A DNA stretch of 62,710 nucleotides, counting the filler, from a bacterium (GTDB lineage Bacteria > JAMORN01): NCBI GenBank assembly GCA_027063545.1. It is 21 parts of 21 records of this genome, joined end to end, with 100 filler letters (N's around TTAATTAATTAA, not from the genome) between each part and the next. Parts side by side here need not be neighbours in the genome. Positions count along the whole stretch, not along the records: positions 7,339 to 17,724 come from JAMORN010000076.1; positions 17,825 to 19,520 come from JAMORN010000077.1; positions 19,621 to 21,315 come from JAMORN010000078.1; positions 21,416 to 23,107 come from JAMORN010000079.1; 17 more parts are not named here. The stretch is one strand, 5' to 3'. Under the pieces are notes generated by a model that worked only from the letters and a program-made list of their open reading frames with translations, was not told where the DNA came from and searched no databases. Every line of letters starts with the position of its first letter. Within the stretch, counting starts at the first letter, position 1. The position numbers and the translations under genes are program-made. Positions 10,351-21,548 of the stretch are shown in pieces.

Positions 10351-10374
10351 GCCTCCACTAATAGAAGTGGAGGC
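10351..10374. terminator. Stem-loop downstream of pgi (probable terminator)
   Basis: GCCTCCACT-AATAGA-AGTGGAGGC, perfect 9-bp stem. Confidence 0.65.
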
Positions 10375-10404
10375 TTTATTACGATTATATGATTAATTAA
10401 TATT

Positions 10405-11877
10405 TTATCTATTCTTTCTTTGCTTAATTTCTTTTAATTTAGGTCCTAAAAGTTTTTTATAAGCCTCAACTCCCGGTTGATTAAAAGCATCTACATCTGC
10501 AAGTTCACCTTCATATGCAACGGTTAAAGCTAAAAGATATAAAAGTTGACCTAGATAATACTCATTTAATTCTGGTAAAACAAACTTAGCAGAATATCTT
10601 CCTTCTGATATTAAGGCTTCAGCATTTGACTCTAACGCAGCATTTAAAGCCTCACTCATCATTATTCCGTCTAAAGCCTCTAATTTTTCAAATTCTTTAT
10701 ATGGATTATGAATTTCTATATCATTCTTCCAATTTCTAATTTCTATAAATTGAACCACTTTATCTAATTTTCCTTCTTGATGCTGTTGTGTTTGAGCATG
10801 CATATCTGTAGTACCAACCGCTACAATTGGTGTTCTTCCATAATAAACTACTTCTCCCTTTCTATTATATTTCTTACCTAAAGATTCTGCTAATAATTGA
10901 ATATACCACTCACTCATTGATTTTAAATAATCTGCATATGGCATCATTACTTCTATATCCCTACCATGATTTTCACTTGCTAAAAATTTTAGTACAGCAT
11001 TCATTAATGCAGGATTTTTATATACATCAGCACTCTTACAAGCCTGATCCATATCCCTTGCACCTTCTAAAAACTTTTCTATATCAAATCCTAAAACTAC
11101 ACCTGTAGACAGACCTACTTCGGAAAAAATTGAAAATCTTCCTCCAACTCCATCAGGCACACTAAACATCTGCCATTCATTAGCTTTTGCTATTTTATGT
11201 AAAATTGTTTCCTTTTCATCTTCTCTTAAATCAGTAATAGCTGTTACATCTACTTCAAAAAGCTCATTCTTATTTTCTAAATATTCCTTTATTACAAAAA
11301 AATTAGCCATTGTCTCTATTGTAGAACCACTTTTAGAAATTACTACTAACATAATTTTAAACTTCTTACCTGTATGTTTTACTTTTTGTTCAGCTTTTAA
11401 GGTTAAAGTCTTTAATAAATCAGTTGTTCTATGAGGGTCCAAATTATTTCCACTAAAATAGTATTCTGGTCTTCCATCTCTTTCTTCTGGAGTTTTATAA
11501 TTCCAAAATTCTCCGCCCATAATATCAAAAATAACTTTATTACCTAAAAAACTTCCTCCTATTCCTAAAGAAATAACTGCATCAAAATTGTATCTTAAAG
11601 ATTCTCCCCAATCTTTTAATGCTTTAATCCTTTGTGGTGTATTTATACCATTATTTGTAATATAAGGTAATTTTGCAAAACAAACCTTTTCAGGTTCTCC
11701 ATCTTTTGATAAATGGCCTTTTATAAAACAATCCTTTCTCATTACCTCTATTGCTTCATGAGCCTGTTTAATTTTTTCAGAGATAGATTCAATTTCTTTT
11801 TCTTCAACTAATCCCTCACCTAACAATTTACTAAAATCAAACTCAAATCCTGAATCTAAAACTATCTTCTTCTCCAT
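10405..11877 (-). CDS. pgi: Glucose-6-phosphate isomerase
   Basis: GIGGSFLG, VISKSGSTIET, GVGGRFS, QLLAESLGK, GTTDMH, FNQPGVEAYK. Confidence 0.96.
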   Translation of the reverse strand: MEKKIVLDSGFEFDFSKLLGEGLVEEKEIESISEKIKQAHEAIEVMRKDCFIKGHLSKDGEPEKVCFAKLPYITNNGINTPQRIKALKDWGESLRYNFDAVISLGIGGSFLGNKVIFDIMGGEFWNYKTPEERDGRPEYYFSGNNLDPHRTTDLLKTLTLKAEQKVKHTGKKFKIMLVVISKSGSTIETMANFFVIKEYLENKNELFEVDVTAITDLREDEKETILHKIAKANEWQMFSVPDGVGGRFSIFSEVGLSTGVVLGFDIEKFLEGARDMDQACKSADVYKNPALMNAVLKFLASENHGRDIEVMMPYADYLKSMSEWYIQLLAESLGKKYNRKGEVVYYGRTPIVAVGTTDMHAQTQQHQEGKLDKVVQFIEIRNWKNDIEIHNPYKEFEKLEALDGIMMSEALNAALESNAEALISEGRYSAKFVLPELNEYYLGQLLYLLALTVAYEGELADVDAFNQPGVEAYKKLLGPKLKEIKQRKNR

Positions 11878-11930
11878 ACTACCATACTCCTTTTTTCTTA
11901 TTTAAGTTTAAAAATTTACTTAAATATTTA

Positions 11931-13211
11931 CTAAAAAATAAATGTATTTGATACAAAAATAGAAAATTTTTTTTCTTTATTTATACCTATGTCAATACTT
12001 CCATATTGAGAAAATTTTACATTCCAACCTCTTATTCCTACTCCATACGACCAATAATAATTCCCATTTACTCCAAAATCTCTTTGTAGTCTTGCCACAT
12101 CAAACCATATACCTATTAAAAAATATGTTTCTAAAAAATCTCCTATCCAATTTAACTTTATATTATCTTTTAAATGATATATAGGATATACAAGCTCTGT
12201 CTGTAAAATATTAAGAATATTTACACCTTCTCTATCATAAGGAAGGGAACTAAGAGGATATACTCTTATTGTATTATCACCACCTGCAAAAAAACGTTGA
12301 TAGAAATAAATTTTATTACTATTGAATATTAAATATTCTCCCTTTCTAATCATAAATAGAAAATTATAAAAATCTCTTATTAAAGACCCTTCCAGTATTA
12401 ACTTATAATAATCTACATCCCAGGATTTCCCCCCATATCGTTTCAACATAACCTTTGCATAGGTCCTTTTTTTAGGATAATATCTAAAATCGCTTTCAAA
12501 AAATTTCCATTCAATACCTACAAATGGATATTTATTTTGTTTTATATATAAATTTAAAGAATCTACTCTATCTAATTGAAAACCAATATATAGTCTTACA
12601 CCTTGAAGTTTATTATTTTGACGTCCTAAAATAAAACTTATATTTTCTTTTTCTTCTGTTAAATTCTCGATTTTAAGCGAGGGAGTATTTATATATAATG
12701 TATTTACTCCTAATATTATCTTATTTTTTGTTAGGGAAGGGTTATATAATCCAAAACTAAAAATTTTTCTTTTATAACCTTCTATATAAAAAGAATTTAA
12801 CTCATTAAAACCATTTAGATTTTTTAAACGTAATAAAAAAGAAGCTGTTATAAACCATTCGTTTCCATTAGGTAAAGATATATAATGTAATTGGGGTAAA
12901 AAATAACTATATGTTTTATCTTCTAAATAATATATTAAAGTAGCGCTATCATGATTTTCTTCTATAAAAATTTTTACATCTCTAAAAATCTTTTCATCAT
13001 ATAGTCTTCTAATATCCCCATTTATATCTTTTATAGAATACTTTTTTCCTTCTTTTATTTTAATAATATTCCTTAAAATAGGCTCCTTAATTTTATAATT
13101 CCCCTCAAAAAATATTTTCTTAATATATAGAGAATCTTCAGTAAGAGAATTAGCTGATATATTAAATAATGAATAAAATATAAATAAAACTATTAATAAT
13201 CTTTTTATCAA
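11931..13211 (-). CDS. Omp85-superfamily (BamA/TamA-like) protein with a single POTRA domain
   Basis: Signal peptide, POTRA-like IKKIFFEGN...DIRRLY, barrel motif FFAGGDNTIR, SYGVGIR, C-terminal Phe. Confidence 0.8.
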   Translation of the reverse strand: MIKRLLIVLFIFYSLFNISANSLTEDSLYIKKIFFEGNYKIKEPILRNIIKIKEGKKYSIKDINGDIRRLYDEKIFRDVKIFIEENHDSATLIYYLEDKTYSYFLPQLHYISLPNGNEWFITASFLLRLKNLNGFNELNSFYIEGYKRKIFSFGLYNPSLTKNKIILGVNTLYINTPSLKIENLTEEKENISFILGRQNNKLQGVRLYIGFQLDRVDSLNLYIKQNKYPFVGIEWKFFESDFRYYPKKRTYAKVMLKRYGGKSWDVDYYKLILEGSLIRDFYNFLFMIRKGEYLIFNSNKIYFYQRFFAGGDNTIRVYPLSSLPYDREGVNILNILQTELVYPIYHLKDNIKLNWIGDFLETYFLIGIWFDVARLQRDFGVNGNYYWSYGVGIRGWNVKFSQYGSIDIGINKEKKFSIFVSNTFIF

Positions 13212-13214
13212 ACT

Positions 13215-14108
13215 TTATTCCTTTTTTATAATCATAAACCTCCAGTTTCCAAAAGAATCCTTTACTATATCTATTTTAAAATTTTTATATATATTTTTCA
13301 ATCCTTCTATCTGTTCTTTTCTACCAAACTCAAAAATAAAATATCCTCCTTCTCTTAAAACTTTCATTATAGATTCAGAATTTTTTCTATGAAATAATAA
13401 CCCATCTTTCCCAGAAATTAAAGCAATCTCAGGCTCCCATCTCTTTATTTCATCTTGTAAAGTTGGAAATATATCTTCTTCAATATAAGGAGGATTAGAA
13501 ACTATAATATCAAATATTTCTCTTTTAAAACAAGTAGTCCCATCGCAATTTACTATATTCACATCTAAGTTATATCTATCTCTATTTATTTTACTGACAT
13601 CTATAGCTTCTTTAGATATATCAGATAATGTTATTTCTAAATCTTTTTTTAATAATTTTAAGGTGATACCTATTACCCCACTACCTGCTGCTAAATCTAA
13701 AATTTTTAATTGGGTACTATTAAAATTATTTCTTATTATATTTAATACAACATCAATTAAATCTTCTGTCTCTTGTCGAGGAATTAAAACACCTTCTCTT
13801 ACATAAAATTCATAACTGTAAAAATTTACTTTCCCAACTATATATTCTATTGGTTTCCTTTCAAAAACTCTCTGTCTTATTAATTCTCTTATTTCTAGTT
13901 TTTCTTCTTCTTTTATTTCTTTTTCAAAATTCAAGTAAATATCTACTCTATTTTTAAAACCCAAAACATGTTGAAATATAAGTTCAGTATTGAATCTTGG
14001 ATTTTCAATTTTCTTATCCTTTAGATAATTGAGAGTTGTATCAAAGAGATCCTTTAGATTCCAATATCTACGAGCTTTAGGATCATAACTTTTTGAAATA
14101 TTCCTCAT
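13215..14108 (-). CDS. prmC: Release factor glutamine methyltransferase
   Basis: [30 protein letters not shown]; overlaps prfA. Confidence 0.95.
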   Translation of the reverse strand: MRNISKSYDPKARRYWNLKDLFDTTLNYLKDKKIENPRFNTELIFQHVLGFKNRVDIYLNFEKEIKEEEKLEIRELIRQRVFERKPIEYIVGKVNFYSYEFYVREGVLIPRQETEDLIDVVLNIIRNNFNSTQLKILDLAAGSGVIGITLKLLKKDLEITLSDISKEAIDVSKINRDRYNLDVNIVNCDGTTCFKREIFDIIVSNPPYIEEDIFPTLQDEIKRWEPEIALISGKDGLLFHRKNSESIMKVLREGGYFIFEFGRKEQIEGLKNIYKNFKIDIVKDSFGNWRFMIIKKE

Positions 14109-15153
14109 ATTCCGCAGATTTTAAAGCTTCTATAAATGGCATAATATCACCATCTAATACTTCTTCTAAATTATATAAAGTTAAATTTATTCTATGATCT
14201 GTAACTCTATTTTGAGGGAAATTATAAGTTCTTATTTTTTCAGATCTATCCCCACTCCTAACCATAGATTTTCTCATAGAAGATTCTTTTTCCATCCTCT
14301 TTCTCATCTCTATTTCATAAAGTTTAGATCTCAAAATTCTTAATGCTTTTTCTTTATTTTGATGCTGAGATCTTTCATCCTGACATGAAACTACAATACC
14401 TGTAGGAATATGAGTAATTCTAACAGCAGATTCTGTTTTATTAACGTATTGTCCTCCAGCTCCTGAGGCCCTAAATGTATCTACTCTTAAATCTTCCTCT
14501 TTTATATCTATATCAAACTCTTCAGCTTCAGGCATTACTACAACACTTGCTGCTGAAGTATGGATTCGGCCTTGAGATTCTGTTACAGGAACTCTCTGAA
14601 CCCTATGGACACCTCCTTCATATTTTAAAAGTCCATAAGCATCTGGCCCTGAAACCATAAAAATAATTTCCTTATATCCTCCTAAATCAGAGGGAGTAGA
14701 TGACATAATCTCTATCTTAAAACCCTGCCTTTCAGCAAATCTAACATACATTCTATATAAATCTCCAGCAAAAATAGCTGCTTCCTCCCCTCCTGTCCCT
14801 GCTCTTATTTCCATAATAGCATTTTTATGATCTTCAGGAGAAGGTGGTACTAAAGCTAACTTAACCTTCTCTTCTAATTTTTGTAGTTTCTTCTGAGATT
14901 CTATCAATTCTTTTTCTATAGATTCCTTTAACTCTTCATCATCAAATGCTTCTTTCAACATTTCTTTATATTCTTCTACTTCCTTCTGAGCATTCTCATA
15001 CTCATCAATTATACTTATATTCTTTTTTAATTTCGCATACTTTTGGGATAATTCTTTAAATTTATTATTATCACTTATAACATCAGGATCCTGCAATTTA
15101 TTTTCTAATTCTTTAAATTCCTCTCTTAATTTGGAAATTGCCTTCTCAAACAT
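14083..15153 (-). CDS. prfA: Peptide chain release factor 1
   Basis: PVT anticodon motif (RVPVTES), [19 protein letters not shown]; ends in TGA used as a stop. Confidence 0.98.
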   Translation of the reverse strand: MFEKAISKLREEFKELENKLQDPDVISDNNKFKELSQKYAKLKKNISIIDEYENAQKEVEEYKEMLKEAFDDEELKESIEKELIESQKKLQKLEEKVKLALVPPSPEDHKNAIMEIRAGTGGEEAAIFAGDLYRMYVRFAERQGFKIEIMSSTPSDLGGYKEIIFMVSGPDAYGLLKYEGGVHRVQRVPVTESQGRIHTSAASVVVMPEAEEFDIDIKEEDLRVDTFRASGAGGQYVNKTESAVRITHIPTGIVVSCQDERSQHQNKEKALRILRSKLYEIEMRKRMEKESSMRKSMVRSGDRSEKIRTYNFPQNRVTDHRINLTLYNLEEVLDGDIMPFIEALKSAEYEEYFKKL

Positions 15154-15374
15154 TACTTCTTACCTAATTTTCCCAAATAATCTCCATATTTCTTTTTAAA
15201 TTTATCAATCTTACCCGCTGTATCCACAAATTTTTGTTTTCCTGTATAAAATGGATGGCAATTAGCACATACTTCTACTCTTAAATCTCCCACCGTATTT
15301 CTTGTTTTTAAAACAAATCCACATGAGCATGTAATTGTTGCTTCTTTATACTCTGGATGTATACCTGGCTTCAC
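15153..15374 (-). CDS. rpmE: 50S ribosomal protein L31 (Zn-binding type)
   Basis: [25 protein letters not shown]. Confidence 0.97.
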   Translation of the reverse strand: MKPGIHPEYKEATITCSCGFVLKTRNTVGDLRVEVCANCHPFYTGKQKFVDTAGKIDKFKKKYGDYLGKLGKK

Positions 15375-15444
15375 TTCTACTCTCCTTTTTACTTTTTTGT
15401 TTAAATTTATGTGTTTAAAAATAAAAAATTTAGATTAAATAATC

Positions 15445-15490
15445 AAAAAAAAATACCCCTTTCTCCAGGGGTAACCTAAAGAAAGGGGTA
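15445..15490 (-). terminator. Intrinsic terminator between the 398-aa gene and rpmE
   Basis: Minus strand TACCCCTTTCT...AGAAAGGGGTA (11-bp stem; an alternative 7-bp stem also fits) followed by T9. Confidence 0.7.
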
Positions 15491-15523
15491 GGAGGGGACT
15501 ATGAAAGTTTTTGTTAGTTATTA

Positions 15524-16720
15524 TTATTTTGTTAGTTCTAGCATTGTATTTGGTATTTGTTCTTCTTGGGCTGTATTATCATCACTATTTTGATCTTGTA
15601 TCTCTTTTGTTTGTGTTGGTACTTTCTCTTGTGTTGGTATATTTTCTTCTATTTTATTTTTTTCATCCATTGTTGGTTCTTCATTTGTTGGAAGATTTTC
15701 TTCTATATTTTGTTCATCTTGTGTTGGTACATTCTCTTCTATCTTTTCTTCCATATTTTCTTGTGTTGTTGGTTTTTCTTCTTCTGTAGAAGGTAAGTTT
15801 TCTTCTATCTTATCAATAACCTCTTGTTTATCTTTTTCTGTCTTTTCTTCTGATGATAAAATATCTTTATATACATCATCTAACTCTTCTCTTAAATCTT
15901 GATAAAGATCTTGTTGTTCCTCTGGTGGTAATGTCTTTACATAGTCTTGAATAGCATCTAATATTTGAACTTTTACCTTTGGAGAAGCTATCTCTTGTTT
16001 TACTTGTTCTTTAATTTTTTCTACAACATTTGGTGGAAGTTTTTCTTTCAATTCTTTCAATAATTCTTGCTTTTTTTCTATTCTTTCTTTTACAATATCA
16101 CCAACTTGAGCTTTAACTTGATTTTTTAACATAGCTTTTTCTTGTTCTAATTTTTCTAATTTCTTTTCTAGTCTCTTCATTACCTTCTTTCTTTGTCTTT
16201 CTGTTATTACCTTATTATTCTTAACTTGCTCTAATCTCTCTTTTGTCTTTATATATTGTTCTACAACTTCTCTGTATCTCTTTAAATCTTCTTTTGTTGC
16301 TCTTTCTATTTCCTTCTTTAACTCTTCTGATTTTTTTTCAATCTCTTCTTTTTGTGCCTCTATTTTTGCCTTTGTTTCAGGATCTAATTCCTTCATAAAT
16401 TCTTCATGAATCTTCTCTATCTCTTCTTTGTTTTTTAATTGTGTCTTGATTTCCTTTGTTTCACCTTTATTCTCTACTTTTACCATATTTTGATTCTTTT
16501 CTACCTCTACAGATGTATTATTTCCTTGAGCATCTACTTCAACACTTATATTTGCCTTTACTTCTTCCTTATTAGCATTAATCTCTGCCTTTTGCTCTAT
16601 ATTATTATTCTCAACCTCTGCTTTTACCTCTTCCTTTACATTCACTTCATCTTGAGCAAAAGATGCTGTTGTTAATCCACCTACGATTAATCCTATAGTT
16701 AGTAATTTTACCCATTTCAT
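15524..16720 (-). CDS. Secreted Glu/Lys-rich coiled-coil protein with C-terminal repeats
   Basis: Signal peptide ending ASFA, GGAGG RBS, long E/K-rich helical region. Confidence 0.8.
   Translation of the reverse strand: MKWVKLLTIGLIVGGLTTASFAQDEVNVKEEVKAEVENNNIEQKAEINANKEEVKANISVEVDAQGNNTSVEVEKNQNMVKVENKGETKEIKTQLKNKEEIEKIHEEFMKELDPETKAKIEAQKEEIEKKSEELKKEIERATKEDLKRYREVVEQYIKTKERLEQVKNNKVITERQRKKVMKRLEKKLEKLEQEKAMLKNQVKAQVGDIVKERIEKKQELLKELKEKLPPNVVEKIKEQVKQEIASPKVKVQILDAIQDYVKTLPPEEQQDLYQDLREELDDVYKDILSSEEKTEKDKQEVIDKIEENLPSTEEEKPTTQENMEEKIEENVPTQDEQNIEENLPTNEEPTMDEKNKIEENIPTQEKVPTQTKEIQDQNSDDNTAQEEQIPNTMLELTK
15611..15811 (-). repeat. Four imperfect intragenic repeats encoding [K/N]IEEN[L/V/I]P[S/T]
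   Basis: Copies at 15791-15811, 15725-15745, 15689-15709 and 15635-15655. Confidence 0.8.
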
Positions 16721-16767
16721 CTTGTACCTCCTTTTTTCATTTTTTTCCGTTTCTATTATATTATAGA

Positions 16768-16784
16768 AGCAATTACAATACCAG
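16768..16784 (-). promoter_or_regulatory. sigma54 (-24/-12) promoter motif upstream of the 398-aa secreted protein
   Basis: Minus strand CTGGTATTGTAATTGCT: GG-N10-GC, 48 nt upstream of the start codon. Confidence 0.6.
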
Positions 16785-16875
16785 TTACATGTATCTATAA
16801 TAAAACAAATAAGTTAAATAAAAAATTATATAAAATATACGATAAAAAACCGAAATATAATAACCTATTTATGGG

Positions 16876-17724
16876 TTAAAATACCATATCCAAAACATTC
16901 CATTTAAGAAGTAATAATTTTGTATATGGATCTAACAATTGTAGTTTATTTTCTTTTAATAAAACATAAACTTTATCTAAATCTATATACTTTTCTATTG
17001 GAGCAACCTTTAAAACAGAAAAATTTTTTTCCCAGTTTTCCTTTAATACTAAAGAATTATATTCTGAAGAAACAAACGATGGATAATCTTTAAAAATATT
17101 TCTATGATTCATATATAATAGATTATAATTTTTATATTGTTTAATATTTCTATTATATAAAGTTTCCCATAGATCTAAATATTGCTCTATAATCCTTTTC
17201 CATGAAAAATATTTTATAGCTGATCCTTTGGCATTTATTGACATCTTTTTTAACTGATCTTTGTTTTCTATTAAATAATTTATTTTATTAAAAAAATCCT
17301 TATAATCTATAAAAATACTTTGAGAATAAATATAATTATAACTATAGAAACCAAAACCTTCATTTAAATAGTCAAAAACACTCCTCTCATAGTAGCTATA
17401 AGTCTTTATCTTAAATCCATCTTGCCCATCATCTACTATATCCTTATATCCATCCCAATCAGTTACTATTGGGACAACCCCAAAAAATTTAGCTTCTACA
17501 ACAGAAATACCAAACGTTTCCTGAAGATTATCAACAAAAGAAACCAGAACATCTGAAGCTTTATAAATATAAGGCTTTAAATTATCATCAAAATTTGTAA
17601 ATATTTTTATTTTTGACTTATTTATCTCTAAATAATCTATTATATTATTTATTAAAACTATCTCTTCTTCTGTTGCAGAACCTGCTAAAATCAAAGTAAT
17701 TTTATTACGATTGTTTAAAAAATC
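16876..17724 (-). CDS. Glycosyltransferase family 4 (GT-B), 5'-truncated
   Basis: ETFGISVVEA (EX7E), PIVTDWDGYKDIV, FSW; frame open to the contig edge. Confidence 0.88.
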   Translation of the reverse strand, partial: DFLNNRNKITLILAGSATEEEIVLINNIIDYLEINKSKIKIFTNFDDNLKPYIYKASDVLVSFVDNLQETFGISVVEAKFFGVVPIVTDWDGYKDIVDDGQDGFKIKTYSYYERSVFDYLNEGFGFYSYNYIYSQSIFIDYKDFFNKINYLIENKDQLKKMSINAKGSAIKYFSWKRIIEQYLDLWETLYNRNIKQYKNYNLLYMNHRNIFKDYPSFVSSEYNSLVLKENWEKNFSVLKVAPIEKYIDLDKVYVLLKENKLQLLDPYTKLLLLKWNVLDMVF

Positions 17725-17901
17725 NNNNNNNNNNNNNNNNNNNNNNNNNNNNNNNNNNNNNNNNNNNNTTAATTAATTAANNNNNNNNNNNNNNNNNNNN
17801 NNNNNNNNNNNNNNNNNNNNNNNNTATAGATATTAACAAAAACAATATTAATATCAATATATCTTTTTTTATCATCTTAAAATATGGCACTAATTTTTTA
17901 A

Positions 17902-18258
17902 TCATCTTATCATCACCTTATTGGAATTATTATGTAGATAATATAGAATATACATGTTTCTCTCTGTTTTTAAAATGTTTTTATCTATTCCTGCGATATA
18001 CACCTCATCAAATCGAGAACAATCATATAATTGATTGTTTACCTCTAAAAAACCCAATGAAGGTGACCAAGAATATTTTTTAAAAGGATTTCCGTAATCA
18101 TCCTTGAAATATTCATGTGGCCAATCTCCCACAATTAATATCTTTTCTTGAAAATAGGTAACATAGATATTTAAACATAGCCACATTAGTAATATTGCTA
18201 TAGAAACTTTTATTTTTTTGTTTGTGTTTATTGTTTGATATTTCATAATGCTTATCAC
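17902..18258 (-). CDS. Hypothetical membrane-anchored protein
   Basis: Overlaps the stop of the methyltransferase gene; one hydrophobic segment. Confidence 0.45.
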   Translation of the reverse strand: MISIMKYQTINTNKKIKVSIAILLMWLCLNIYVTYFQEKILIVGDWPHEYFKDDYGNPFKKYSWSPSLGFLEVNNQLYDCSRFDEVYIAGIDKNILKTERNMYILYYLHNNSNKVMIR

Positions 18259-19091
18259 CTTTTACAGAATATCCAATATCTATGATGCGCCCAAAATCTT
18301 TTTAGACAGTTTGGTAAATTCTCCAACAAAGAATACTTTTTTAGCATTTTTTCTTCAATATCTGGTGATTTTATATATTTGCAGTATTCTGGAAGAACCA
18401 TATTATTTTTTTCCATATTGCCTGACATACTTTTATTTTTATTTAAAAATGGTATTAACTCCTCTTTCTTTATGGCAAAGTCTGGCCAAGGTGGAACATC
18501 AAAATAACCCCTATCTACAAGTTTAAATCCCTTCTGTGTAAAAATTTCAATCATTTTATCCTCTATTTCTAATATATTTTCATCAACATATTCAAAAAAT
18601 TCTTTATCAAATACTTTTCTAAGAGGATAGAATATATTTTTATTAGGTAAGGATATGAATATCAACTTTTTAGAAATCCTTGCTAATTCTTGTAGTACCA
18701 TTTCTATGTTACAATCTTTTAAATACCACAAAGCGGCAAAATTCCAAACTAAATCAAATTCATCATTTTTAAATGGTAAAGAAGTGTAATCATCAATTTT
18801 TATAAATTTTGCATTTAAATTAGCCATATTCCATAATTTTTTAATCCATTCCAATCTTTCAGAATCATTATCGCATATATAAACAGTTATATTATATTTT
18901 GCAAAATACCAACTATTTATACCACTAAATCCAGTCATACCAAATGAAGGACATTCTATAACACTTTTTATTTTATACTCTTTAATAAATTTTTCAAAAA
19001 ATTTGTGTAATATCAATCGTTCATAAAGCGTTCCAAGACCTTCAGATTCACTAAAGAAGAAATTTTTCCAATTTTCTGGTGTAATTCCCAT
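18255..19091 (-). CDS. Class I SAM-dependent methyltransferase-like protein
   Basis: SLPFKNDEFDLVWNFAAL and LQELARISKK post-motif patterns; GAGGTG RBS before ATG 19091. Confidence 0.75.
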   Translation of the reverse strand: MGITPENWKNFFFSESEGLGTLYERLILHKFFEKFIKEYKIKSVIECPSFGMTGFSGINSWYFAKYNITVYICDNDSERLEWIKKLWNMANLNAKFIKIDDYTSLPFKNDEFDLVWNFAALWYLKDCNIEMVLQELARISKKLIFISLPNKNIFYPLRKVFDKEFFEYVDENILEIEDKMIEIFTQKGFKLVDRGYFDVPPWPDFAIKKEELIPFLNKNKSMSGNMEKNNMVLPEYCKYIKSPDIEEKMLKKYSLLENLPNCLKRFWAHHRYWIFCKR

Positions 19092-19107
19092 TTTATTGCA
19101 CCTCACC

Positions 19108-19520
19108 TCACTTTAAATACCAATTAACATATTTTTTAAGATGAGATAAAGTTTCTCCAAACTCTATATCAAAATATTCACAAGCTTTTCTATTATTATA
19201 ATACCAAGAGTGTGTAATGAGCTTAGCTTTTATTTTTAAAACTTCTGTAGGGCATATACTCACTAAAAATTTTCCAAAATGTTTGGGTAGTGAACAATAC
19301 CTTCCACCATTAATGTTAGAAATATAACTTAAAAGATCTTTTAGTCCTATGGGCTTGTCTGCAATATTAAAAATACAATCAGAAATAGCACTATCACAAG
19401 CATTAATAACTTTCAAACATGAAATTGCAAAAGTTTCAACATCTACAAGGTTTATCTTAGGATTTCCAAATAATATAAATAAACCTTTTTCAACTAATCT
19501 AAAAATTTTATATAAGAACC
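19108..19520 (-). CDS. NAD-dependent epimerase/dehydratase, C-terminal fragment
   Basis: Frame open to the contig edge: INLVDVETFA...IFNIADKPI...VNWY. Confidence 0.6.
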
Positions 19521-19622
19521 NNNNNNNNNNNNNNNNNNNNNNNNNNNNNNNNNNNNNNNNNNNNTTAATTAATTAANNNNNNNNNNNNNNNNNNNNNNNN
19601 NNNNNNNNNNNNNNNNNNNNCC

Positions 19623-20750
19623 CTTGATGAAAATTTAAATATAACCTCTGATAAAAGAATTGTAGCTGCTCTACCTTCAATTAAATATGTAATTGAAAAT
19701 GGTGGAAAATTAATTTTAATGTCTCATTTAGGAAGACCTAAAGGACAAAGAATTGAAAAATATTCTTTAAAACCTGTTGCTAAAAGATTATCTGAATTAT
19801 TAGGTAAAGAAGTAATTATGGCTCCTGATTGTATAGGAGAAGAAGTTGAAAATATAGTTAATAATCTTAAAGAAGGTGATGTTGTACTTTTAGAAAATGT
19901 AAGATTTTATAAGGAAGAAACAGATAATAATCCTGAATTTGCAAAGAAATTAGCTTCACTTGGAGATGTTTATGTTAATGATGCTTTTGGAACTGCTCAC
20001 AGAGCACATGCTTCAACTGTTGGTGTTACTCAATATATTGCTCAATGTGCTATGGGATATCTAATGAAAAAAGAAGTAGAATTTTTAGTTGGAGCTGTAG
20101 AAAATCCTCAAAGACCATTTGTAGCTATAATTGGTGGAGCTAAAATCTCTGGTAAAATTGATGTAATAAAGAATTTATTACCAAAGGTAGATAAACTTTT
20201 AATTGGTGGTGGAATGGCTTATACATTCTATAAAGCTATGGGATATGAAATTGGTAAATCTATTTTAGAAGAGGATAAAATTGATTTAGCTAAGGAACTA
20301 CTTGAATTAGGAAAAGATAAAATAGAATTACCTGTTGATGTATTAATTACAAACGAACTTGATTTTGATGGAAGAAAAGTAGGTGAAACAAAATATGTAA
20401 AAGCAACAGAAATACCTACAGATTGGGAAGGAATTGATATTGGACCAGAAACAATAAAGAAGTTCTCTGAAATAATCTTATCTGCCAAAACAATTGTTTG
20501 GAATGGACCTATGGGAATCTTTGAAATAGATGAAAGTGCAAAAGGAACTATTGAAATAGCAAATGCCTTAGCAAAAGCAACACAAGAAAATGGTGCAATC
20601 ACAATTGTAGGTGGTGGAGACAGTGCAAGTGCTATTAAAAAAGCTGGAGTTGAAGATAAAATATCTCACGTATCTACAGGTGGTGGAGCTTCTTTAGAAT
20701 TATTAGAAGGAAAAGAATTACCTGGGCTTGTTGCTTTAACAGATAAGTAA
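19623..20750 (+). CDS. pgk: Phosphoglycerate kinase (5'-truncated)
   Basis: [48 protein letters not shown]. Confidence 0.98.
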   Translation, partial: LDENLNITSDKRIVAALPSIKYVIENGGKLILMSHLGRPKGQRIEKYSLKPVAKRLSELLGKEVIMAPDCIGEEVENIVNNLKEGDVVLLENVRFYKEETDNNPEFAKKLASLGDVYVNDAFGTAHRAHASTVGVTQYIAQCAMGYLMKKEVEFLVGAVENPQRPFVAIIGGAKISGKIDVIKNLLPKVDKLLIGGGMAYTFYKAMGYEIGKSILEEDKIDLAKELLELGKDKIELPVDVLITNELDFDGRKVGETKYVKATEIPTDWEGIDIGPETIKKFSEIILSAKTIVWNGPMGIFEIDESAKGTIEIANALAKATQENGAITIVGGGDSASAIKKAGVEDKISHVSTGGGASLELLEGKELPGLVALTDK

Positions 20751-20770
20751 AGATATATTTAATCTAACAT

Positions 20771-20827
20771 TAAAGCCCTTCTCCAATTTAATAAATTTTA
20801 TGTGGGGGGAAGGGCTTTATTTTTTTA
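20771..20827 (+). terminator. Intrinsic terminator after pgk
   Basis: TAAAGCCCTTC...GAAGGGCTTTA stem followed by a T-run. Confidence 0.7.
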
Positions 20828-20852
20828 TAAATTATAATATTTTATTTAAAAT

Positions 20853-21315
20853 ATGAAAGTTGCTGAAATAAAAAAGAAAAAAAACAATAATAGCTTTTTT
20901 TATTTATTTGGTATATTTATTATTATTTTATTCTTGCTATTCTATAGAAATAGAGAAAAATTAAATAAAACCAAAACTTATATAACTACTGATAGTACTA
21001 AAATTTCTCTAGATTCATTAAGTCATAATCATAATAAAAATATAAATAACTTCATTGAAGGCTATGATTATGTTATATCCTCCAATGAGTTTAATAGGAA
21101 AATTCTATATTATTATGTAATTCCTAAAAATCTCTTAAAAACTAAATTTGGAAACTATAAGGTCTTATTTTGTATTAATCAACCAAGAATTGATCCCAAA
21201 GTATTATGTAATTATAAAGATTTAAAAGTATTTGCTCAAAAAAATAATATAGCACTTATCTCTATTAGATTTTTATTCAATCCTCAAGATTACGCCAAAA
21301 AACAAAGCTTTGAAT
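20853..21315 (+). CDS. Hypothetical membrane-anchored protein (3'-truncated)
   Basis: N-terminal TM helix; the downstream YYYVIPKN..KVLFCI pattern is weakly reminiscent of an alpha/beta-hydrolase start. Confidence 0.55.
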
Positions 21316-21548
21316 NNNNNNNNNNNNNNNNNNNNNNNNNNNNNNNNNNNNNNNNNNNNTTAATTAATTAANNNNNNNNNNNNNNNNNNNNNNNNNNNNN
21401 NNNNNNNNNNNNNNNATAGAGAGTATAAGGTATATTCATATTTTTTTATAGGAGGATTAATTTTAAATAGATTTATTTCTAATATTGATTTATATTTTTC
21501 TACAAGAAATCTTAAAGTAGAACTAAAAAAGACTATTGGTAATTAAAG

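Noticed and set aside
9866-10361. 62-aa and 144-aa ORFs as real genes
   Set aside because: They are fragments and read-through of the decayed 4Fe-4S protein gene.
15511-16675. Hydrophobic + strand ORFs (92, 79 and 78 aa) resembling membrane peptides
   Set aside because: Antisense to E/K-rich codons of the 398-aa gene, which yields Leu/Phe-rich shadows.
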